DNA from: Williopsis jadinii
Lineage: Eukaryota
Direction of reading: 5' to 3'
NCBI GenBank assembly: GCA_024346625.1
Contig: AP024666.1
Span: forward strand, 310,001 to 374,000
Length of the DNA: 64,000 bases
This document shows, in pieces, positions 43,261 to 55,312 of the stretch. The number at the start of each line of letters is the position of its first letter. The stretch's first letter is position 1. The notes under the pieces were generated by a model. That model made no database searches. It worked only from the letters and a program-made list of their open reading frames with translations, and was not told where the DNA came from. The position numbers and the translations under genes were made by a program.

Positions 43261-43515
43261 ATTTACTATAATACTTAAGGATAGCTCTAGATAAGAAAGA
43301 GAGGTAAACAGATGTGTTTGTAGTTGTTTGTTTACTTTTTGACAACAGCAGGTGAAAATGTCTTGAAACTACCAAAACGGAATATCTCCTAATACGGACA
43401 AACGAGGTGCTCCGATGATGAAAACCATCAGATTTCTTTCAAATCCCAAAGGACAAAGCATACAAACTTCGATAAACAAGGCGCAGTGGAACCCTTTTCA
43501 AGTTGAGCAGTAAGG

Positions 43516-43863
43516 ATGGATAAACACAACGAGAAGTTACCAGTATGGATGCTCACACCCGGTGAGGAAAAGGAAGCTAGAAAGCGTTGGAAAGACTACG
43601 CATACCATCAATGTGATGACGCTGTCAAGAGTTAGTGAATACAATTTTATCATGGAGTGTGGGAAGCTTTAGTACTAATACTGGATGTTATAGAATTTGC
43701 AGAGTGTTCCAAAGCAGCTGGTTTGAAAGTCTTGTTCCAATGTACGGATGCCAGAGATGCCATGAATGCTTGTATTTTGAAGTACCAGGGACCAGGTGAG
43801 CTGGATAGACAGAGGAGAATATTGATTGCCGAGAAGCAAAATAAGCTGGCTGAGCAGAAATAA
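43516..43863 (+). CDS. CMC1: Twin CX9C cytochrome c oxidase assembly protein (intron 43631-43693)
   Basis: KLPVWMLTPGEEKEAR...C-DDAVKKFAE-C...C-TDARDAMNA-C. Splicing (GTTAGT...TACTAAT...TAG) restores exact CX9C spacing. Confidence 0.92.
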
Positions 43864-44630
43864 ATCAGCAGTTACTTGATTCAGAGATGAGGCCCATCTT
43901 GTAAGGTAAAAGATCTGGAATTAACCATTGACAAGGCTTTGCGGTGCAAGTGGTTCCTCTTCAGGGAGAGGAGATCCACCGTTTCACTTTAATCATCACC
44001 CATGTGGTTATACATAGCGTCATATTAGGTATCGTGTACATACAGAACAAAAATAATACCTCAACAAGAGTCTACACAAGGAACGTGTATATCATCATTT
44101 TATCTCAGATTTTCTGTAGAGCTCCACAACCCCGCTGTTCGGTTATGTTGCCCGTTCTTTCAATGGTAAGAGAAGAAGTGTTAAACGCGATGGGGGTATA
44201 TCAAAAACGACAGCACTAGCAATATTACTTTGGGATTAATATTCTGCAGTCTTCTCAACTCCCCTCGATGGCTTTTGATCTTCACCATGAGTGCACTGAC
44301 CACGTGAAGAGCACATCTCATCTAGAATTCCCCTCCTTTTATGGTTACTTCCACGCTCATTTTCGATAGCGATGTGACACAAGATGACCTCAGATAAGTC
44401 ATGATGGCAATCGCTGGAATCTGAGTGGATGGACATAGAGTTTTAATGTGAGTTCTTGTGTCATTCAATATGTATTATTTGTCATCTATGTGTCAATCAA
44501 ATGAACATGTTCTCCTCGCTTCTTTCCTTTAGACTGCTCGCCAGCTATATAAACTCAATGTGATCACCACTTTATGCCCCTGGACCTGATTGGTTAATGA
44601 TTATATTTAGAACAAACATCAGAATTAACC

Positions 44631-44918
44631 ATGTCTGGAATCTTTGATAAGTACATCACTATGCTCTCCGGCAACTCAAAGAGCATGAATTCAAAGGCCA
44701 ATGCTCAGAGATACATCTCCACCATCGACGGTCATGAGATTGTCATTCCAGCTCACAAGATGAGAAGATCTTCCTCCGTATCATCAGACGCCAGTGACAT
44801 AAGTGCAGGAATGATGTCGAGAAACGGCAGTGTCTCTGGCGACTCCCATGAGGCTGTCATCATGGAAGTTAAAGAGGTTAAGGTCAAGACAACGCCTAAC
44901 AACAGAGTCAACTTTTGA
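44631..44918 (+). CDS. Small hypothetical protein (95 aa)
   Basis: TATATAAA at 44546, good start context (TTAACCATG), isolated in intergenic space, RRSSS motif. No recognised family. Confidence 0.6.
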   Translation: MSGIFDKYITMLSGNSKSMNSKANAQRYISTIDGHEIVIPAHKMRRSSSVSSDASDISAGMMSRNGSVSGDSHEAVIMEVKEVKVKTTPNNRVNF

Positions 44919-45664
44919 CCTGTATATTTTTGAGGGCTTATATATCCTTGTGAAGAAGTGTCTAGATCTGTGTAAAGACACCAAGAGCTGATGTGTTAGT
45001 GATCCTCACAAGAGCAAGGAATACATGAGGATTGGGACGGCGACGTGAAATGACATAATGAATTGGATGGGATTTTTGGTTTTGAAGTATTGATATTTCA
45101 TGAGGTAGAGTTTACAATTTATTGCAATTTATGACATATTTATGTTTTATAAGTGTAGCGCTGTGGAGTATATTCCAGAAATACATCAACAGCTATGAAG
45201 TACATAAACATGGATGTTTCTATTGTTGTGATGGTATTACCCTGTGGTGATATGGGCGGCTACGCTTTGTGCACTGAATGGCTTTTTACGCCGCACCGAC
45301 CCAGAAGGCTCTATCTGCAGTGAGAGCTGACCCCGAGTAGTCTGAGGCAATTCTCAAATTGGAAGCTCAAGCCCATAGAGGATTTGTCATTGTGGGTGTT
45401 GACCTATTACTCCCATGTTGGTGCCCCCACTCATCCCCAGCTCAATGCATGATTTCGTGCCTAACTTTTCGATCTTCTATGACTCAGAAAAGCTCCACCG
45501 CCTGGACAAACGGACAGGAGTATAGAAAGACAAAGCAATGAAGAACAGATATAGAGAATCACAATGTCTCCCATTCCACAGATTCTTTTTGTACTTATAG
45601 CTCAACGAGAATGGCTTGCTACAAGAATGAGTGGAGGGAGCTCTCTGTATTGAAAGCTGATACA

Positions 45665-47041
45665 ATGAATATCACCACGGAGATTTCCCCAGACAAAGAT
45701 TACGTTGAAGTCCATGCTACAGAAGCAGACAAGCAACAATTCCCAGAAGGTGGCAAAGGTTGGCTGGTGGTGTTTGGCTGTACGTGCTGTAGTTTAATGA
45801 GCTTTGGGATGACGAACTCATATGGTGTGTTTCAAACACATTACGAGACAGTGCTGTTCTCCGACGTGCCAAGTATCAAGCTGAGTATTATCGGGGCCTC
45901 GCAGGCTAGCATATGCTATTTGGTCACATCTATGACATTGCCGCTGATATATGCATTTGGGATTAGACAGGTGTTGTTGTTGGGCTGTTCTCTGATGATG
46001 GTTGCTATGTTTGGTCTTTCGACCACCCACCAGGGACAGCTGTGGAAATGCTATCTCTTCCAAGCAGTGATGTTCTCCATAGGTATGGGGCTCGTATTTG
46101 CAGCCATTCTTTTCAGTCCGATCGAATGGTTCAAAAGAAGAAGAGCAATGGCACTGGGCATATCGATGAGTGGTGTCGCTGTTGGCGGTATTATCTGGCC
46201 TATTATTTTCAAGAACATGATTAAGCACAACAGTTTCAACTGGACTGTTAGAACAATCGCTTTTCTATACATTCCCTTGTCTATTGGCGCAGTGTTACTC
46301 GTCCCACAAGAACTGGATCCAAGGTTTATACACAAAGCGGAGACCGTTTCGAATTCTAGATGGTCTATTGAGAAAATCAAGGATTTACCATCAACATATC
46401 GCACCTCTTTCAAGAACTGGATTAGACAGACAACAGACATGAGGTATGATTCCATGCTACTATCGAACATTCTTGGTATGTTTGGATCGTATCCGGCAAT
46501 CTTTTACCTTGACTATTTTGCAACTCTCATAGCCCCAAATGCCACCTTCACAAACTACACAGTGACGATTTATAACCTATTTGGAGGTCCTGGAAGAGTA
46601 CTCCCCGGTATAATTGGTGATAAAATTGGCAGATGCAACTGCTTGATTGCATTTCTCCTGGTGCTCAGTATTTCTATCTTCACCATGTGGATTCCATGTA
46701 TAAAATACCAGATACTGCCGTTATACGCTGTATTCGTTTGCATATTTGGACTCTGTGTGGCACCATTTTACTCATTGTTTCCTGCTTGCTTTACACAAAT
46801 CTTTGGAACCCAAGGATCTGAGGCAAGGCTTGGTCTCTTTCTCTTTACATCTTTCCCGGGCCCCCTACTCGGTTGTGTCATTGCAGGCTCATTCATTCCT
46901 AAGGGAACTTCATCTGCTGAAACAGTGATTCACGCGTACTACAAACTCACCATATATTCTGGTGTTGTGATGATGGCTTGCGCATTGGTTCTACTGGGAG
47001 TTCGGCTGTCAATCACTAAAAGACTGCTGAGGTTTGTATGA
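45665..47041 (+). CDS. MFS monocarboxylate-transporter homolog (Mch4/Mch5-like)
   Basis: FPEGGKGWLVVFG, NSYGVFQTHY, EWFKRRRAMALG, GRVLPGIIGDKIGR; about 12 hydrophobic segments. Alternative start at 45611. Confidence 0.88.
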   Translation: MNITTEISPDKDYVEVHATEADKQQFPEGGKGWLVVFGCTCCSLMSFGMTNSYGVFQTHYETVLFSDVPSIKLSIIGASQASICYLVTSMTLPLIYAFGIRQVLLLGCSLMMVAMFGLSTTHQGQLWKCYLFQAVMFSIGMGLVFAAILFSPIEWFKRRRAMALGISMSGVAVGGIIWPIIFKNMIKHNSFNWTVRTIAFLYIPLSIGAVLLVPQELDPRFIHKAETVSNSRWSIEKIKDLPSTYRTSFKNWIRQTTDMRYDSMLLSNILGMFGSYPAIFYLDYFATLIAPNATFTNYTVTIYNLFGGPGRVLPGIIGDKIGRCNCLIAFLLVLSISIFTMWIPCIKYQILPLYAVFVCIFGLCVAPFYSLFPACFTQIFGTQGSEARLGLFLFTSFPGPLLGCVIAGSFIPKGTSSAETVIHAYYKLTIYSGVVMMACALVLLGVRLSITKRLLRFV

Positions 47042-47587
47042 AGTTATTACCGCATATAACAAAATTGGTGCCTTTCATAATTCTACGTACAACCCGTTGA
47101 TACGAAAACACATCCAGCACGTGCGATGGTCAATCTCATTGAGTACTTTCATACCAATAAAAGACAATGTACAGCTCTCGAGTATATATAATTCCAAAGC
47201 GTGAACAACAGCCATTAGTCAGCTTGATAGTGCTTGCCTGTTAATACGACTGACGTGGAGCAACTCCACTGTTCTTTCTCCCCCTCTCAGTAGAGTTATT
47301 CTTAGTTGTTATTTTCCTTCACATATGTTGCCCCAGTGATCACCAGCATAAACAAGGCGCTTGTCATTGCTGCAAGTAATTACGCATATTTCCTGGTGTC
47401 TGGGTGTTGCGGAACACACCCGCTGTCTCAGGGGCTGGGGGTGTGGGCTCTGTGGGGCCTTTTTTGCTTTGCCACTTTTGTACTTCCTTTCTCTTATCAC
47501 AACCCTCGGTCCTGTCATTTAAAACAAACAACAGAAGAAAAGTCCAATAGTCTTCAACACACGCTGTCTGTGGTATTAATTCGGTAA

Positions 47588-48898
<1,311 letters not shown>

Positions 48899-49269
48899 TC
48901 CAATAGAACATGTTTTGTACGTTTTCTACCTTTACCTTAGCCCTCCAAAAAAAGGAAAATTACACGTTGCTTAATCTCATCAAGGAACACAGTGTACGCT
49001 TGTTCATCACACTACCTTGTGTTTTATACGTTAAAAGACATGCAATTAATATATGGATCTTTCTTCTTGCTCTTCTTAGTTTGGAGCGTAGAACAGTTGC
49101 TGTGAGAACACTGTGATGTGCGGATGTTCTTTGTTTGTTTACATTTCCCGATTTGATAAAAATTGTTTAAGGACCATGAAGAAATTCGGAAGCTTGATGA
49201 GTTCACAAAAACGTCTTAGTGGAAGCCAATCAATTTACAAACAGCTCAGTGTAAGATCACCATTACACC

Positions 49270-51234
49270 ATGTACTCTTCACGAAGCCAAACTCCCAGTA
49301 GAAGAGGTGTTCCTGGGACCCCCTCAACTCCTTCAATGAGGCCAACGTCAAGCATTTCGTCTCGCGCACAGACACCATCAAGCACCAGCAGATTGCGTTC
49401 TTCAAGGTTTGGAGATAGACCGGCGTTTACACCGGTAAGGGAGAGGCCTTCTAGTAGTTTGTCGTTTGGTGGATCGAGACCTACAACACCTTCGGTTTTG
49501 TCGCAGTCACAACCGTATACCGGCTCAATTTCCGTTGCGATTAGGGCTAAACCTTCAGAGACGTTTCTGAAGGACCCATGGCTTCTTGGGGAGGAAACGA
49601 TCCAACATAATGAAGTTGGTGAATTCAAGTTTGACCATGTGTTTCAACCACACTGCTCCAATGCTAGTGTATATGAGAAATCCGTGAAAAATCTCATTGA
49701 ATCTCTCATGGATGGCTATAACGCTACTGTATTTGCATATGGAATGACTGGTTCTGGTAAGACATATTCGATGACTGGAACTCATGATGAACCCGGTGTG
49801 ATTCCATTATCCATTGGTGAGATATTCAGTAAGATCGAAGCTTCTGATAAGGAGATTTACAAATTCGACTTGAAAGTGTCATACATGGAGATCTACAACG
49901 AGCGTATATATGACTTGTTAAACGTTGACCAGTTGAAGGGTGCTGCACTCAATACAACATCTTCTGATTTGAAGATAAGAGACGTCCCAGGGTATGGCGT
50001 TAAGGTTGTTGGTCTTGTGGAGGAGAAAGTCACTTCTGAAGCTGATGTTTTACACTTGATGGATAAGGGAAACTTGAACAGAAGAACTGGTGAAACTGAC
50101 TTCAATACAAGATCGTCACGTTCACATGCCATCTTTTTGGTACGAATTTCAAAGACAAATACAGTTACGGGTATGGAGAACTTTGCAACGTTGTCTCTGT
50201 GTGATTTGGCGGGTTCTGAGCGTGCTACGGGACAATCAGAAAGAAGAAAAGAAGGTTCATTTATTAACAAGTCTCTCTTGGCTTTGGGAAGTGTTATTGT
50301 CAAATTGTCGTCACCATCTACAAATGCAGGACATATAAACTACAGAGACTCGAAACTAACAAGAATACTACAACCAGCCTTGTCTGGTGATGCTGTGGTT
50401 TCGATTCTTTGCACAATCCATACAAGTAATACTGCCTTAGCTGAGACCATAAACACTGTGCGTTTTGCTGCTAGGGCCAAGAACATTACACTGACCGTTA
50501 GAAAGCACGAGACTGACACATCTACCGAGAAGGATAGAGTGATTGAGAAGTTAAAGATTCAAGTTGAAAGACAACAAGAGGAAATTGCATCATTAAAATC
50601 ACAAAAGACAATCTCTCTCAGTACTATACAGGCATCAGAAGGACTTGTACCTGAAGACATTAAAGAACAAATTACAGAGCTGACTGCTGAGAATAAGATT
50701 CTCATGGAACGTGTCGAACACTTCACTAGACTAACAGACCAACGAAATGCAGAGAAGATGGTCCTAAAAAATGAAATCGTCAATGATATCATAAGTAAAA
50801 GTTCAGATAGTAAGAACTCTGAGGAACTCATCATCAAAATTGAGGAGCTTTTCAAGAAGACGTTCTCCGAAATTGATGAATACAAATCATATATTGGACA
50901 TTTGGAGAACCAGCTGAAGAAAAGAATACAAGATACTGAGAACAGAGTTCCGTCTTCAAATGATCATGATCATATTGTCGTACGCAATAACGCTGATATG
51001 GATGTCAACGGTATACTGAGAGATCAAGAGGAGGAAATCATCAATCTAAAGAATGAACTCAGAGGCAAGGAAAAGATAATAAAGGCCCTCCAGAGTACCC
51101 GAAGAGTTAGAGAAAGTTTGGTACACACTATTGGTCTCAACGAATCCAGAAGAGAATCATCGAGGCATGACACCTTAAAGCCGTTGAATCTTGACCTAAA
51201 CACCCCGACTAAGCTCAAAGAGGAGACATTTTAA
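49270..51234 (+). CDS. KIP2: Kinesin motor Kip2
   Basis: S/T/P/R-rich N-terminus, YTGSISVAIR, AYGMTGSGKT, SSRSH, DLAGSE, YRDSKLTR. Adjacent to PEP4. Confidence 0.92.
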   Translation: MYSSRSQTPSRRGVPGTPSTPSMRPTSSISSRAQTPSSTSRLRSSRFGDRPAFTPVRERPSSSLSFGGSRPTTPSVLSQSQPYTGSISVAIRAKPSETFLKDPWLLGEETIQHNEVGEFKFDHVFQPHCSNASVYEKSVKNLIESLMDGYNATVFAYGMTGSGKTYSMTGTHDEPGVIPLSIGEIFSKIEASDKEIYKFDLKVSYMEIYNERIYDLLNVDQLKGAALNTTSSDLKIRDVPGYGVKVVGLVEEKVTSEADVLHLMDKGNLNRRTGETDFNTRSSRSHAIFLVRISKTNTVTGMENFATLSLCDLAGSERATGQSERRKEGSFINKSLLALGSVIVKLSSPSTNAGHINYRDSKLTRILQPALSGDAVVSILCTIHTSNTALAETINTVRFAARAKNITLTVRKHETDTSTEKDRVIEKLKIQVERQQEEIASLKSQKTISLSTIQASEGLVPEDIKEQITELTAENKILMERVEHFTRLTDQRNAEKMVLKNEIVNDIISKSSDSKNSEELIIKIEELFKKTFSEIDEYKSYIGHLENQLKKRIQDTENRVPSSNDHDHIVVRNNADMDVNGILRDQEEEIINLKNELRGKEKIIKALQSTRRVRESLVHTIGLNESRRESSRHDTLKPLNLDLNTPTKLKEETF

Positions 51235-51361
51235 TGTCAAATCCGTCCTTTAATCAATGTAATATTCACCATGACTTGATATATGAAACTACATGTATTG
51301 TCCCACTATTTGAATTCTCTAAGGATATATTGATTATTTTTTCATCAACTGACATCCTTAT

Positions 51362-52264
51362 TCAGTACTCAGAACCAACGATGGATTCCACTGTGTTCAT
51401 CGCTTCATGAGAGTTTCTATGATCTAGCACAGTTGAGCTAGAGTATTCGCTATTCTCAACGCTATAATCAAGAGAGGACATAGAAGTATCATACTGATTT
51501 GTGGGCATAAACTTTTCACCCCAAATCGCATATATACCCTTCAAATAGCCTTCACTATGGACATATAATACTCGACATCTCGCTGTCTCTCCACATAAAT
51601 CTCTAGTTACTTGTGATAATTGGTCGAGGTTCGAGTTTCTCGGGAGGAACAAGCACACATTCGGTGATATTTGGAAGAATGATCGAAGCAAATCGGCCAA
51701 TGGAATTGGTTCTAACTGGGTTAGATCAAAGGAATCGTTTGCAGTGTAGCCTGGTCCGCCCCAAGGAGGAGATGCAAATACAAAATCAACTTCATTCTGG
51801 AATTTTGACAACAGCTCAACGTTAATACCAGAGGGCCACATAGCGAGATGTAGCTCTATCTTGTCCATCACTCCATATATCTCTGAATTCTTCTCCGTGC
51901 AATAGATGTGTTCTTCGTTCATATCTACACCTATCACCTTGTTGAAATATCTAGCCATCTGTATTGTATTACCACCACCACCGGAGAAAACGTCGAGAAC
52001 GGTATTTACGCTAGGATCACAGGCTTGAATGAATTTGGCAATGAATATTGCCACCATTTCAGGGGTCACTGAATACCAAAGCTCTTTGTTCATGTATACA
52101 CCTTCATCAAACTTAGAAAACAGACTATAGCGTTGTTTCCAGTACTTTCGTGAGCTCTTTGGGAGATCATCGTATTGTAATAGGAAGCGCTCTGGATGTG
52201 CATCAAAGGATGCTCTGTTCGGAAGAAATGTCTTTTCCATATAGCAATCGCGTTCTTCTGTCAT
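51362..52264 (-). CDS. TGS1: Trimethylguanosine synthase
   Basis: KYWKQRYSLFSKFD, WYSVTPE, DVFSGGGGNTIQ, SPPWGGPGY, FLPRNS. First in-frame ATG at 52264. Confidence 0.94.
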   Translation of the reverse strand: MTEERDCYMEKTFLPNRASFDAHPERFLLQYDDLPKSSRKYWKQRYSLFSKFDEGVYMNKELWYSVTPEMVAIFIAKFIQACDPSVNTVLDVFSGGGGNTIQMARYFNKVIGVDMNEEHIYCTEKNSEIYGVMDKIELHLAMWPSGINVELLSKFQNEVDFVFASPPWGGPGYTANDSFDLTQLEPIPLADLLRSFFQISPNVCLFLPRNSNLDQLSQVTRDLCGETARCRVLYVHSEGYLKGIYAIWGEKFMPTNQYDTSMSSLDYSVENSEYSSSTVLDHRNSHEAMNTVESIVGSEY

Positions 52265-52702
52265 ATCATCCACAGTGATCTTCGCCAACTACAAGATCAA
52301 GACGTATAAAACATGAACAAGGCCCGTAATCAAGAGAAGAGTGCTTAGAGACGAGATGAGACGGAAATATTTTACATCCGGACACCACATATCACCTCAA
52401 CCGATTCAGAAAAACGAAAAAATAGGACAATTACGCAACTTCTCGCAACTTTTCGCAAGTTCCCGCAACAGACTACGCCAAACTAAAAAAAGATTCGAAG
52501 TGGCTGGTTGTTGAAATCTATTACTTTACCTCTTTGGGAAGTTACACAACCCCGTCCTTCACTCGCAGCACTGTTGAGTATAAAGATCATTGGATCAGCT
52601 ATGCTGAGTGTAGCCTTGTGCTGGGATGGATCATTTTTGCCCCTTCTTCTCTTCCTTTTGAACCATCACAGTTAACTATCTCCATTCGTTACGTCTACTT
52701 TA

Positions 52703-54256
52703 ATGAACGACATGGAATCATTACAACGAACAGCAACATACGACGGCCCACAGATGGGATTCCAGTTCCCATACTCCGAATCTGGCAATGGTGAGAGTCA
52801 CCAAGGTAGTGGGTCCCTACCTGCACCAGTTATGATGTCTTATTATCAAACTGGAGGTGATAGTTCATTCTCCGCACACTCCTTTATTGATTTCAGCGAT
52901 GTATCTGTATCCAACCATGATCAATCACAGGCCAATTTCTCATTTGATAACTCCATTGATGTTTCGATTCCAACACAGTCAAATACAAGCTATCAGATCA
53001 CACACGGCTCCCGCTCTGTCGCTACAACTAGTCTTGGAAGGGAGGATTCCACAATCAAGAGAATGAAGCTGAGTAGAGATTTGACCAAGTCAAGCATCAA
53101 GCGTACAGCATCTGTGAAGAGACAGTCGTCTCTAAGAATACCACAATCCAGAGTGAGTTCGAACAGAGCAGCTAGAAGTGAGGATGAGTCGTTGTACGAA
53201 AAGACATCTCTGAAGAGATCAAAGGCAATCAAGTACAAAATAGGCTGGTTATCGAAACTGCGTGCTCTTGGAGTCAAGATCAAGAACAGGGTTAAGAACT
53301 GGAGGTTCATTTCAGTCAAGAAAGCCTTCAACTTTAGACAAAGAAGTTTGAAGAAGAAATCCCGCACAAAGATTTCCATGCCATTGGAAAGGGAAAGAGC
53401 GCAGAGCATATCAGAATTGAGAATGGCAATTGACAACGCACCAGACTCCAAGTTCCATTATTCAGGACTGCCAGTTTCACCTGTTTATAGAGCTGTTGCG
53501 GATGTCTCTGACACGAATGATCTTATCGAGACCAAAAGACCACCACCAGTACCAAGACACCGTATTGCATCTACTGCTAGTATGCAAATGTTGATCGACC
53601 AAGAAAACAAGCTGCAACGTGAAACTACGAACAAGGTTCTTTTGGAACCTATGGATCAGCAGCATACTGCCTACAATGCTGAACAAGACTACCCAGCACA
53701 TCCTGCTGTAGTGTATGACGATAGCGTCGAACGTGAAGTTGCACCGGGTCTTGACAGTGACAACGAAGAAGATAAGGAAGACTACGATGAAGAGGACGAC
53801 GAGCTTCTCCAGGAACTCATCATCGAGAAGTGGAAAAATTATCTCAGAAGAGTTGTTGCTGAGAGGATCGAGTACAAGCTAGAGGCTTATAGACTCTCGT
53901 TGATCCCAGTACCAAGTCTCGTCAACCATGAAGACGACACTGCATCCATGAAGTCAACCTCTGACTTCGAAATGGACGACAGTGATCTACACTCGTTGGC
54001 ATCTACGTCCGCATCTAGTGCAGAATACTCATCAGAGTCTAGCGACACATCTACAAGCTACATGTCGTCCACATCTGTCATCCCAACGTCCTGTCACATT
54101 TCAACATTTGATATACTCCAGTACCAACAGGAGTATATGAGCCGTATAAACGACATTCCAACTGCCGTGAAGAGATCATCGACGCTACCAATCAAAGTCA
54201 AGGTACTGACTGAGGCACATACAGAACAACACGACAGATCAATATCTGCTGTATAG
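52703..54256 (+). CDS. AIM44: Probable Aim44/Gps1 cytokinesis polarity scaffold
   Basis: Low-complexity S/K/R-rich protein with LKRSKAI and WKNYLRRVVAERI segments. The name rests largely on its position between TGS1 and PET20. Confidence 0.6.
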   Translation: MNDMESLQRTATYDGPQMGFQFPYSESGNGESHQGSGSLPAPVMMSYYQTGGDSSFSAHSFIDFSDVSVSNHDQSQANFSFDNSIDVSIPTQSNTSYQITHGSRSVATTSLGREDSTIKRMKLSRDLTKSSIKRTASVKRQSSLRIPQSRVSSNRAARSEDESLYEKTSLKRSKAIKYKIGWLSKLRALGVKIKNRVKNWRFISVKKAFNFRQRSLKKKSRTKISMPLERERAQSISELRMAIDNAPDSKFHYSGLPVSPVYRAVADVSDTNDLIETKRPPPVPRHRIASTASMQMLIDQENKLQRETTNKVLLEPMDQQHTAYNAEQDYPAHPAVVYDDSVEREVAPGLDSDNEEDKEDYDEEDDELLQELIIEKWKNYLRRVVAERIEYKLEAYRLSLIPVPSLVNHEDDTASMKSTSDFEMDDSDLHSLASTSASSAEYSSESSDTSTSYMSSTSVIPTSCHISTFDILQYQQEYMSRINDIPTAVKRSSTLPIKVKVLTEAHTEQHDRSISAV

Positions 54257-54490
54257 TATTAATAGTAATTTAATTAGCTCTTTCGCTTAATCCACATTGA
54301 TGTAGAGAAAATGTAACCAGCGGGGGTTGAACCCGGAACAAAATCAGCCTGCCACGTCGGTGTATCTCTACAATCCGCTGATTACTCACAAAAAACAAAA
54401 AAACAACGGCATCCACAGAAAAAAAACTCAGGGGAAACCGATCTACAACAACAAACAACATCAACAAACAACAAAGCCACACAAATCAGC

Positions 54491-55135
54491 ATGCTACGCA
54501 CCTTATTGAGACCTGTTTCGCTTGCGCAGACGCGGAGCACACTGGCCCAATCTGCCAGATTTCAATCTACAAAGACCACCTCTCAAACTCGGAACGCAAA
54601 GAATGCTCTTGCAACCAAAGTGGCGAAACAAAAGAACAATAACAACCTCGATTACAATGCGTTGAGTAACCACAACCTACAAAACCCTTCGAAGGCCGAC
54701 AACAAAGCTAGAGTGAAGAAGGACTACTCTGCTCTACCAAGAGCTCCTACAACTCATCATCTGAACCCACAGAAGCTGATGATTGATTCGTTTTATGCTG
54801 GGTACAGACCGTTGGCGATGAAGTCACTACAGCCAAACATGGACTCACGGAAGAAGAAGGCGTCGTTGTTTGACCTAGGGATCCAGGACAGCGCCATGTG
54901 GTCCTACTCGGCAGCTGGGCTAGAGGCGTTCCCTGAGTGGGACACCATACCGTATGAGGAGTACAAAGATCTCAAACCGTTTAGCCCACCATCAAAGCAT
55001 AAGAAGAGTAAGCTTGAAAGAGCAGTGGAGAAAGTCAGGGCTATGGAGATGGAAGCTGAGAAGGAGACCAAGACTAAAGTGAAAAGAGGTAGAAAGAGAC
55101 CTATAAACGTCTTCAAAACGAAGAAGATATTATGA
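54491..55135 (+). CDS. PET20: Mitochondrial Pet20/Sue1-family protein
   Basis: Presequence, DYSALPRAPTT, FYAGYRPL, WSYSAAGLE.FPEWD.IP...LKPF.PP. Confidence 0.8.
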   Translation: MLRTLLRPVSLAQTRSTLAQSARFQSTKTTSQTRNAKNALATKVAKQKNNNNLDYNALSNHNLQNPSKADNKARVKKDYSALPRAPTTHHLNPQKLMIDSFYAGYRPLAMKSLQPNMDSRKKKASLFDLGIQDSAMWSYSAAGLEAFPEWDTIPYEEYKDLKPFSPPSKHKKSKLERAVEKVRAMEMEAEKETKTKVKRGRKRPINVFKTKKIL

Positions 55136-55312
55136 TTCACCACTACTATACTTGCATAATGTCATCACTCACATTTCTTGTTCCATTATCCCATCACTGT
55201 ACATAGTTGACATTTGTCTTTTATTCAAACGAGGTTTGTTTGTTGTTTTATCATATGTTTTAGATATTATATATCATAAATATCAATGTTTCATGACTGT
55301 TATCCCCCATCA

